NCBI GenBank assembly: GCA_044228875.1
Contig: JBGAUA010000003.1
Coordinates: forward strand, 8,401-72,400
From: Anaerolineae bacterium
Lineage (GTDB): Bacteria > Chloroflexota > Anaerolineae > Epilineales > Epilineaceae
Length of the DNA: 64,000 nucleotides
Reading direction: 5' to 3'
In this document: positions 50,972 through 59,800 of the stretch, piece by piece
Layout of the letters: every line of letters begins with the position of its first letter
Position numbering within the stretch: the first letter of the stretch is position 1
The notes under the pieces: generated by a model
Told to the model about the DNA's origin: nothing
Seen by the model: only the letters and a program-made list of their open reading frames with translations
Databases searched by the model: none
Translations under genes and position numbers: made by a program

Positions 50972-52003
50972 TCAATCGATGATCTCGTCCATGCGCCCGG
51001 CCAGCCAGGCCTCGCGGATCTCGCGAGCGATGCGGCGGCCGGTGGACATGGGCTCGTCGAAGTACAGCGCGGCGTAGGGCGATCCGTTGACGAAGAGGTT
51101 GGTGCCGGCGACGATGCGGCAGCTGATCTCGATGACGTGGAAGGCCAGGTCCGGCGTGATGATGGTCTCCAAGCAGAAGGGGCCCCAGAAACCGCGCGGA
51201 CTCACCAACTCACGGGCGGCGGAAACCACCCGCTCCCCCATCTGGTAGGCCTCTTCCAGCATGGACTCCCGGAGCACCAGTTCCGAGTTGCCCACCACCA
51301 CGTAGCTGGGGCTGGGCTGGATCTCCGCCTGCACATGATGGGGCAGACGCCCCAGGCCGTCGACGTTGGTCTCGTAGCGGCGATCCATGCTGAGGATCTC
51401 CAGCCGGTCGCGCATGACGGACTGGAAGAAGTGGATGTAAAGGGTGACGCCCAGGACATAGCGCTGCACGGTATAGCGCCGCGGCCCCTGGTCCAGACCC
51501 CTCTCGGCCAACTGCTCATCCAGGTGCGCCCGCGAGCGGGCCAGGAAATAGCCGCTGCCGCCCGCCGCGCCGAAGGTCTTGACCAGCACCGGCCAACCGT
51601 CGATGGTGGCGAGGTCGGTGTATTCGGCCGGCTGGGGTATACCGGCCGCGGTCAGCCATTGGCGCTGCAGATCCCGGCTGCCCTCCCAACGCAGCACGGG
51701 CCGGCTGCCATAGTAGCCCACCCGCATGGAGGCGTTGACCGCTTCGCCCAGGTAGGCGACGAAGGAGCCGTGCGGCACCATGACGACGCCGCGCGCCACC
51801 AGATCCGTCTCGAGGTCCGCGAACGCCGCGTAGCTGTCGATGGTCAGCACATCGTCGACGAAGGGATATCGCCGATACAAGCCATCCTTGCCCTTCGGAG
51901 CGATCACCAGGTTGGGCAGGGCTTCGTCACGCGCGCCGCGCAGGATCTGCAGCGCCGAATGGCTGCCCAGGGTGGCGATGGTGGGAAGGGAGCGTTGGGG
52001 CAT
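50972..52003 (-). CDS. purP: archaeal-type FAICAR synthetase (PurP, formate- and ATP-dependent), paralogue A
   Basis: IATLGSHSALQILRGAR, MVPHGSFVAYLG, YYGSRPVLRWEGSR, VQRYVLGVTLYIHFF, LEILSMDRRYETNVDGL, SYVVVGNSELVLRESML, GPFCLETI, EISCRIVAGTN, MSTGRRIAREI: block-by-block match to Methanocaldococcus-type PurP as I recall it. Start at MPQRSL (52003), downstream of the purD stop. Confidence 0.9.
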   Translation of the reverse strand: MPQRSLPTIATLGSHSALQILRGARDEALPNLVIAPKGKDGLYRRYPFVDDVLTIDSYAAFADLETDLVARGVVMVPHGSFVAYLGEAVNASMRVGYYGSRPVLRWEGSRDLQRQWLTAAGIPQPAEYTDLATIDGWPVLVKTFGAAGGSGYFLARSRAHLDEQLAERGLDQGPRRYTVQRYVLGVTLYIHFFQSVMRDRLEILSMDRRYETNVDGLGRLPHHVQAEIQPSPSYVVVGNSELVLRESMLEEAYQMGERVVSAARELVSPRGFWGPFCLETIITPDLAFHVIEISCRIVAGTNLFVNGSPYAALYFDEPMSTGRRIAREIREAWLAGRMDEIID

Positions 52004-52065
52004 GGGTGGCTGCCGTGGGAGATCCGCCGGACGGGGGCAGAGTGTACCATGCGGCGGGATGGGCG

Positions 52066-53409
52066 TCAGACTGGAGGCGACTCCGGCGTCCGGGCTGCGA
52101 TGTCGCGGCGCCACTGCATCCCGGCGAACCCGACGCCCGTGGGATCGTCGCAGTCGTGGTCCTTCAGCCGTCCGTCGATGGCGCCGTAGGCCCGGTTGCG
52201 TGCCAGTTCCAGCGAATCCGCCACCGCCACCACGCTGAGCACCCGCCCGCCGTTGGTCTCTACGCCGCCACCATCCGTAAGTCGGCTACCGGCGTGCAGG
52301 ATCTTGACCCCCGGGGCAGATCCGACCACATCAAGCCCTCGGATCAAGTTCCCCTTTCGGCTTGACTCAGGGTAGCCGGCAGAAGCCAGAACCACACAGA
52401 TGGCTTCCTTGTCCTCGTGCATCTCCAATCGAAGCTCGCTCAGCCGGCCTTCGGCGGAGGCGCGGAGGATGACGGCCAGATCCGTCTTCAGCAGCGGCAG
52501 CTGCACCTGGGTCTCCGGGTCGCCGAGGCGGCAGTTGAACTCGATGACCTTGGGGCCTTCCTGGGTCATCATCAGGCCGCAGTACAGGCAGCCAACGAAG
52601 GGATGCCCTTCGTCGCACATGCCACGAAGGGTGGGTTCGACCACACCCTTTAGGATCCGCTCCAGCAACTCCGGCGCGACGGCCACCGGGGCGTAGCTGC
52701 CCATGCCGCCCGTGTTGGGGCCTCGTTCGCCGTCCTTGAGTCGCTTGTGGTCCTGGGCCAGGGGCAGGAGGCGGTAATGGATGCCGTCGGTGATGGCCAT
52801 CACCGAGAGTTCCGGTCCTTCCAGACGCTCCTCGATCAGCACCCGCTCGCCGGCCGCCCCGAAACCGCCATCCACCAACATGGTCCTCGCGGCGGCCATG
52901 GCCGCCGCCTCGTCGTCGGCTACCACCACTCCCTTGCCCGCGGCCAGACCGTCGGCCTTCACCACACAGTGGCCGCCCATGCGGCGAATCGCCGCTTCCG
53001 CCGTCACCAGATCACGCGTCACTTCGAAATCCGGGCTCGGAATGCCGTGGCGTGCCATGAACGCTCGAGCCCAGGCCTTGGAACTCTCCAAGCGCGCCGC
53101 AGCGGCCGTGGGGCCGAAGACCGTGAGTCCCGCCGCTCGGAAACGGTCGACGATGCCCGCCGCCAGCGGATCCTCCGGGCTGATCACCGTCAGGCCGATA
53201 CCTTCGACCAGGGCGTGGGCCACCAGCGCATCGAAGTCCATGACGCCGATGGGCACGTTGCGCGCCTTGGGCTCGGTGGCCGTCCCGCCATTGCCGGGGG
53301 CCACGTCGATGCGGGTGACCGAGGGCGAGCGCCCCAGGATCCAGGCGAGCGCATGCGCCCGGGCATCGGCGCCCACGATGAGGATGCGCCCGGGATCTGG
53401 TGGGGTCAT
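52066..53409 (-). CDS. purD: phosphoribosylamine--glycine ligase
   Basis: ILIVGADARAHALAW...APGNGGTA...VVKADGLAAGKGVVV...ERVLIEERLEGPELSVMAITDG...AQDHKRL.DGE.GPNTGGMGSY...GCLYCGLMMT..GPKVIEFNCRLGDPE. Confidence 0.95.
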   Translation of the reverse strand: MTPPDPGRILIVGADARAHALAWILGRSPSVTRIDVAPGNGGTATEPKARNVPIGVMDFDALVAHALVEGIGLTVISPEDPLAAGIVDRFRAAGLTVFGPTAAAARLESSKAWARAFMARHGIPSPDFEVTRDLVTAEAAIRRMGGHCVVKADGLAAGKGVVVADDEAAAMAAARTMLVDGGFGAAGERVLIEERLEGPELSVMAITDGIHYRLLPLAQDHKRLKDGERGPNTGGMGSYAPVAVAPELLERILKGVVEPTLRGMCDEGHPFVGCLYCGLMMTQEGPKVIEFNCRLGDPETQVQLPLLKTDLAVILRASAEGRLSELRLEMHEDKEAICVVLASAGYPESSRKGNLIRGLDVVGSAPGVKILHAGSRLTDGGGVETNGGRVLSVVAVADSLELARNRAYGAIDGRLKDHDCDDPTGVGFAGMQWRRDIAARTPESPPV

Positions 53410-53448
53410 GGCCTGTGCTCCTGGAGTCGAACGGCCGCCGTGTCCGCG

Positions 53449-55110
53449 TCAGGCCGCGTCCGTAAGAAAGACCTGGGCGACGATCACCGGCCGCCGCTTG
53501 AGCCGCTCAGCCACCAACTCGCCAAGACGGCGGACGATCTGGTCCTCCAAGCCGCTCCGTCCGGCGTTGGACGTTCGCAGAACCTCGACAGCGGCCCCCC
53601 GAAGCGCTTCCAGGAGGCCTTCGGCTCCCGGCTGGAAGACGCAGCCGCGGGTTGAGACGGCCACCTGCGGCTTGGATCTGGAGTCGGTGCGATCCAGGGT
53701 GGCGGAGACAAGGATGAAGCCGCTCTCGGACAGTCGGCGCCGCTCGCGCAGCACCGTCTCTCCCACGTCCCCCACGCCGGAACCGTCGACGAAGATGTAG
53801 CCGCCCGGTATCTCCCCCTCCTGCCGCGCGCCGGCATCGTCGATGCTGACCACCTGGCCGCTCTCGATGATGAAGATGTCCTCCGGGGCCATTCCCAGCT
53901 CTTGGGCCAGGCGACCGTGCAGCACCAGCATGCGGTACTCACCGCCGGCGGGGATGAAGTAGCGCGGCCGGGTCAGGCGGAGCATCAGCTTGAGTTCTTC
54001 ACGGCTGGCATGGCCGGAGACATGCACCGGCATCAGGGCCTGGTAGAGCACATCCACCCCCAGACGGAAGAGGTTGTCCAGGGTACGATGGACCAGCTCT
54101 TCATTGCCGGGGATGGGCGTGGCGGACAGCACCACGGTATCACCCTTGCGCAGGGTCACGCGCGGATGCGTGCCCTCCGCCATGCGGGTGAGGGCGCTGG
54201 TCGGCTCGCCCTGGCTTCCGGTGCAGCAGATGGCCACCTCGTCGGGCGGCAGCTTGTCCAGTTCCTTGATCCCCAGGAGGGTGCCGGGCTCCGGGGTCAG
54301 GAAGCCGAGATCCAGGGCCATGTCCCCGTTGTTCTCCATGGAGCGACCCACCAGTCCCACCTTGCGCCCGTAGAGTTCGGCGACGTTGATCACCTCCTGC
54401 ACCCGCGAGATGTTGGACGCGAAGGTGGCGATGATCACCCGCCCTTCGGCCCGCTCGAAGACGCGCTCCAGGGCATCGCGCACCAGCGACTCCGAGGGCG
54501 TGTGGCCGGCCCGCTCGGCATTGGTGCTGTCGGATAGCAGGGCCAGGACGCCGCGGCTACCGTAATCGGCCAGGCGGTGGATGTCGGTGGGCTCACCGGA
54601 TACCGGTGTCAGGTCGAACTTGTACTCGCCGGTGTGGATGACCACGCCCAGGGGCGTCTCGATGGCGAATCCAACGGCATCGGGAATGGAGTGGGCCACG
54701 CGAAAGGGTTCGACGGTGAAGGGCCCGGCCTGAATCCGCTCCCCGGGCTCGATGGTGGTGATCTGGGCCCCCGCGAGCCGCTTGTGCTCCTTCAGCTTGA
54801 CCTCAATGAGACCGCGGGTCAGTCGGGTGGCGTAGATCGGCGCCGGCGCGTTGGGCAACACGTAGGGCAAGGCCCCATGATGGTCTTCGTGGCCATGGGT
54901 GATGAAGTAGGCGACCAGCCGGTCCACATTGTCGACCAGATACTGGAAATTGGGCAGGACGAGATCGACCCCCGGCATGTCGCTTTCCGGGAACATCAGG
55001 CCGCAGTCGATCACGATGATCGCCCCGTCGTATTCCAGGGCGGTCATGTTGCGCCCCACCTCACCGTAACCGCCCAGGGGAAGGATCTTCAGATTGCCGC
55101 TTGGTTTCAA
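53449..55110 (-). CDS. rnj: ribonuclease J
   Basis: LKILPLGGYGEVGRNMTALEYDGAIIVIDCGLMFP...YFITHGHEDHHGALPYVL (metallo-beta-lactamase HxHxDH) ...beta-CASP...VHVSGHASREELK. Confidence 0.95.
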   Translation of the reverse strand: MKPSGNLKILPLGGYGEVGRNMTALEYDGAIIVIDCGLMFPESDMPGVDLVLPNFQYLVDNVDRLVAYFITHGHEDHHGALPYVLPNAPAPIYATRLTRGLIEVKLKEHKRLAGAQITTIEPGERIQAGPFTVEPFRVAHSIPDAVGFAIETPLGVVIHTGEYKFDLTPVSGEPTDIHRLADYGSRGVLALLSDSTNAERAGHTPSESLVRDALERVFERAEGRVIIATFASNISRVQEVINVAELYGRKVGLVGRSMENNGDMALDLGFLTPEPGTLLGIKELDKLPPDEVAICCTGSQGEPTSALTRMAEGTHPRVTLRKGDTVVLSATPIPGNEELVHRTLDNLFRLGVDVLYQALMPVHVSGHASREELKLMLRLTRPRYFIPAGGEYRMLVLHGRLAQELGMAPEDIFIIESGQVVSIDDAGARQEGEIPGGYIFVDGSGVGDVGETVLRERRRLSESGFILVSATLDRTDSRSKPQVAVSTRGCVFQPGAEGLLEALRGAAVEVLRTSNAGRSGLEDQIVRRLGELVAERLKRRPVIVAQVFLTDAA

Positions 55111-55889
55111 GAGAATGCCTCGTGAGATGGTGCGCCCCGGTCAGCCGCCGCCCGGACCAGCGCGGCGAAGGGCTCGGCTTCCAATGAAGCTCCGCCCACC
55201 AGGGCACCGTCGATGTCCGCGACGGCCAGGTAGGCCGCGATGTTCTCTGGTTTGACCGATCCGCCGTAGAGCAGCCGAGCGGCCGCAGCGCCCGCCGCTC
55301 CGAAGCGGGCACCGAGGGCCTCGCGCAGTAGACCCATGACCCGCGCCGCCTCGGCGGCATCGCAGGCCTTGCCGGTACCGATGGCCCAGACCGGCTCGTA
55401 GGCCAGCACGAGGCGCGCCGCCTCGGCTTCGGCGATGCCGTCCAGGGCCTTGAGCTGCGCCAGCACCACCGCATCTGCCTGACCCGCCTCGCGTTGGTCC
55501 AGGTGCTCGCCGACGCAGAGGATGGGGACCAGACCGTGGGCGAAGGCAGCGTGCACCTTACGTCCCAAGGCCTCGTCTGTCTCGCCGAAGAGGCTGCGCC
55601 GCTCGGAGTGGCCAAGGATCACGTAATCGGCCAGTTCCATCACCATGACCGGCGAGATCTCGCCGGTGTAGGCGCCTTGGTCCGCCCAATGCATGTTCTG
55701 CGCCGCGACGCTGAGTCCCCGCGGTCGCGCGATCTCAGCCACGGCGGCCAGGGCGATTGCCGGAGGTGCCAACAGCACCTCGACGTCGTCGATCCCGGCG
55801 ACGGCGGCAGCGACATCCGCTGCCAGCGCGCGGGCCTGGGCCACGGTCTTGTGCATCTTCCAATTGCCGGCGATGAGCGGTCTGCGCAA
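55107..55889 (-). CDS. tpiA: triosephosphate isomerase
   Basis: RRPLIAGNWKMHKT...ILGHSERR...CVGE...AYEPVWAIGTGK...YGGSV. The start is a TTG: an in-frame TAG lies two codons upstream and no ATG or GTG is available. Confidence 0.95.
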   Translation of the reverse strand: MRRPLIAGNWKMHKTVAQARALAADVAAAVAGIDDVEVLLAPPAIALAAVAEIARPRGLSVAAQNMHWADQGAYTGEISPVMVMELADYVILGHSERRSLFGETDEALGRKVHAAFAHGLVPILCVGEHLDQREAGQADAVVLAQLKALDGIAEAEAARLVLAYEPVWAIGTGKACDAAEAARVMGLLREALGARFGAAGAAAARLLYGGSVKPENIAAYLAVADIDGALVGGASLEAEPFAALVRAAADRGAPSHEAFS

Positions 55890-55951
55890 AGCCTACACCC
55901 CGGGGCGTCGTTCGAATGCGATCGGCGTCGAGCGGCTGTTTGTGGAGCGCC

Positions 55952-55981
55952 AGTATAGAGGATGCCGGGAAGGTGGCTCAA
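55952..55981 (-). promoter_or_regulatory. candidate promoter (TTGAGC-18-TATACT) for tpiA-rnj-purD...
   Basis: The minus strand reads TTGAGCcaccttcccggcatcctcTATACTggcg, about 65 nt upstream of the tpiA start. It shares TATACTGGC with the rib-leader promoter candidate. Confidence 0.35.
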
Positions 55982-56110
55982 ACCTACCGGCCGGGTCATC
56001 GCCATGAACCGTTGGCCAGACGATCCGCCGCAGCCTGCTTCTCGTCACTGGTCCCTCGGAAGCGCCCGTGATGTTGATCGACCCCTGGACACGCTCACCG
56101 ACCGGAGCGG

Positions 56111-56536
56111 TCAGTTCGTCACCAAGCGGCTGCGCAGCGAAATCGTCTCCACCGCCGCCAAGGCCTTGGACACCGGGCAGCCTTCCTTGGCCCGCAAGGC
56201 GATGACGTCGAAGGTCTCCTCGTCGATCCCGGGGACCACGCATTCGGTCTCCAATTCGATCCTGGTGATGGTCGGCCCGGCTTCCAGATGCACCTTGGCC
56301 GTGGTGCGGATCGTCGTCGGAGGATGGCCTTCCTTGGTCAGTTGGGCCGACAGGAACATGGAGAAGCAGCCGGCATGCGCGGCGGCGATGAGTTCCTCCG
56401 GATTGCTTCCCTTGGCCTCTTCGAAGCGTGAGCCGAAGCTGTAAGGCACCTCGACGAAACCACTCTCGACGCGCACGGTGCCGTCGCCCTCGCGCAAGGT
56501 GCCGTTCCAGACCGCCTTAGCCGAACGAACCGTCAT
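56111..56536 (-). CDS. osmC: OsmC-family peroxiredoxin
   Basis: MTVRSAKAVWNGTLREGDGTV...GSNPEELIAAAHAGCFSMFLS...EGCPVSKAL (two conserved Cys). AGGAGG lies upstream of ATG 56536. Confidence 0.9.
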   Translation of the reverse strand: MTVRSAKAVWNGTLREGDGTVRVESGFVEVPYSFGSRFEEAKGSNPEELIAAAHAGCFSMFLSAQLTKEGHPPTTIRTTAKVHLEAGPTITRIELETECVVPGIDEETFDVIALRAKEGCPVSKALAAVETISLRSRLVTN

Positions 56537-56895
56537 GAGCCTCTGCCTCCTGAGTTGGATGGATGCCGTCGGACCGAATGCGACATGCAATTATGGCGGC
56601 CGCGCCGGCAGGGTCCAAAGACCTGCGGCCGGCGGTTCGTGTCGCGCGGATGACACGCGACGCCCCGCGACCATGCCGGGACCAAGGTGATCGGGATCCT
56701 CGCCAGGGGAACCTGTCGATATCGTGAGAACACCCACGTTATAGAGGACGCAACGAATACGCGCGGCGGCGCATTGGCCGCCGCCGTCCTCGGAGCAAAG
56801 CCGGAACGTGCAGGTCGGCGCCGCGGGCCGCGATACGACGCCTTCGTCAATTGCCGGTCAAGCTGGTTTCCTGTTCCAAGAAAGGGCGATGCGTC

Positions 56896-59800
56896 ATGAC
56901 ATTCCAGAGTGCCGCGCTGGCGTTCACCGTCTGGTTGCGGCGGTCCGGTTGGCGACCAGGTCTGCTCGCGGGGATGGTCTTGACCGGTCTGGTCGGCGGC
57001 TGGATGCAGCGATCGCCGTCCACCGCTCTGCCTCGCGTTCGTTCGGCAACCGCGCAGGAGCCGTCTCCGCCGGGTTTCCTGGGTCTGCCCATCTTGAACT
57101 ACCTGGGTGAAGACGATGTCTGCCGTAGCCTGGTGGGCCTGCAGAACCTCGGTGACGAGGCGGCTCAAGCTGTCGTCCTGTTCTGGGACGATCAACGTGC
57201 GGGCGATCCTTGCGCCGGCCCCTTCAAGGTGGAATGCAGCGGGCTCCTCGCTCCCGGCGCCATCTGGTCCTTGCGCGGAGCCCAGATTCCTCCGGGCAGT
57301 CGCAGCGCCATGGCCTTCAGCGTGACCGCCAGGCGGCTGAGCGAGCTCGGCCTGGACATGGGATTCGACAGTACGGCGGCGCATTACCTTTGCGCCACCT
57401 TGTCCAGCGATCTGATGCTGGGCGACTGCGCCGCCTACGCGCGCTTCCGCGCGGCATGGGCCTCCGGCGGCAGCTTCGCCGGGCTGCCATTGGGTCTCGC
57501 AGCAGGGCCGCCACTTTCCGCCCAAGTGTTGCGCCACTGTCCCTCGGCAAATTCGCCGGGCCTGGAGGTCAGCTCCCTCTACGCCGCTTCCTGGCAGAGC
57601 GCCGCGGCGAAAGGACCCCACGTCTATCTGGCCGGCCGGATTCGCGTCCCCGACCCCTTTCTGTCCGCCTTCGTCCATCTGCAGAACCTGGGATCGCGGG
57701 AGGCTCAGGCCACCGTCGCCTTCCATGCGGCTGGAGATTGCCTGCCGGCTCGAGCCTGCGGCCGATTGACCGTACAGCCGGGCGCATCGGCGATGTTGTC
57801 CTTGGCGGACTGCGCCCCGACCGACGGCGGGCTCAGCATCCAGAGCGATGAGCCCCTGGCCGTGACCGTCGACCTGGAAGGAGCGGACAGCCTGTCCACA
57901 GTGGAGGGCACCGACGCCGTCAACTGGGGCACGCGGCTGGTCGGCGCCATGGACCCCGATGCGGCCCGCGGTTGGTCCACCACCACCTATGTGCAGAGCC
58001 CGCCAGGCGCCGAGCGCGAGACCAGGGTGCGCGTCGAGCATCTGTCGCCGGACGGTGCGGTGCTGCACAGCGCCGAACAAACGCTCTGCCCCGGAGGCAT
58101 GCTGACCTTTCCTCGGCCGGCCGCGGACTCGCGACCCGGACGTCGGACCGGGACCTTGCGCGTCAGCAGCCTCGACGGGATTTCGGTGGCGGCCGGTGCC
58201 CTGATGGAGCGCTCCGGCCGCTTCGGGCGGTCGGTCGAGGCGGCGCTCGTCAACCTGGTGCCGGATCCGGCGCCGGGGCGCGGGACTGTCCATTCCCTGC
58301 CCATCGTGGCCAAGGATCTGGATGGCCTGGGACTGACGACGGAGATTGCCCTGGCCAACCACAGCATCTCGCCCGGCTGGGTGGATCTGGCCCTGATGAC
58401 CTACGACGCGAGCGGCCCGCTGGACATCCGCTGCCGCCGTCTGGCCGCCGGACAGGTGGGCTACATCGATGTTGAGCAGATGGTTCAGATCCCGATTGGT
58501 TTCCTTGGCGGCATGGTGGTCTCCCCGGTATGGTGGTCGCACGCGACTCCGGACGGTGAATCGACGAGCCCCTCGCTGAGCGTCAGCTCGATCCTGCGCA
58601 CGGGAACCCGTGACGGTGAAGACATCCCGGGCGACGAACTGGCGGTCAGCCAGGGCATTCGGCTGAACAGCATCCCGGACTTCCTGCGCGCGGCTCCCGC
58701 GCAGCGTTGCCGGCCACTGCTGGCGGCGATCCAGCCACAGCCCACCGCGACGGCCGATCCGCTGGTCAAGGACGAAGCCCTTCAAGCCATGGCCTGGCTG
58801 CCCGCCTTGGCCTACCTGGGTCAGGATCCCGTTTGCCTCGCCACGGTGACGGTGACCAACGAAGGCGACAGGCCGGCGCAGCTGCTGTGGCTGGCTTGGA
58901 CGGAGCCTGGCTTCTGCCCCCCGAAGGCCGCAGGTCCTATGGCCTTCGGCTGCTCCGGTCTCCTGGCCCCGGGCGGAACCTGGGTGCTCGGCGAAGGCAC
59001 CTTGCCCGATACGGCGAACGGAGGTCTGATCTACAGTTTGAGCACAGCCACGCTGCTCGAACTGGAACTGGATCCTGTTTCACGGGAACCCATCGCCTCG
59101 GTCCTCTGCCAGCGTATGTCAGGGATCTCGGTTCCGGCCGATCAAATGGAAGGTCGCCTGCGGATGGCCTTCCAGACAGGAGGTCGCTTCGCCGACCTGC
59201 CCCTGGGCAAAGCCTGGGGGCCGCCGATCACGGCCTCGGTCAGCCGAACCTGCCCGGCAGACCAGACGCCGGGCTTCGAGGTGACCGACAGCTATGCGGC
59301 ACTGCGGCCGGACAAGGGGCGAGCGACGCGCATGGAACATCGCTACGCGGCCCAGCCCATCCTGGCCGACTGGGCCCAGCTCAACAGCACCCTCTACCTC
59401 CAGAACACCGGCCTTAGCTGCGCCGCGGTCAACCTGGCATTCCAGGTCCTGGGCGACTGCGTGTACACCCGCAACTGCCAGATCGGATCCCTGGCCCCCG
59501 GCGAGACCTTTGCTTTCGACGCCACGGATTGCGTCGGGCCGGATTGGCGGGGCAGCGCGGTCATCACGGCCAACGAACCGCTGGCCATCGTCCTGGACCA
59601 GATCGGGCGCGACCGCCTGCGAAGCAGTCGCGCGGGATCCAGCGCCCTGGCCTACGACATGGACGGCAACGGACAGCTGGAGTCAGCCGATGTGGATCGG
59701 GTCCTCGCCGCCCTGGGCCGCCGGCGGGGCGACGGCGGTTGGGACGCGCGCCTGGACCTCAACAGCGACGACGAGGTGAACGATCTCGATGTGGCCACCG

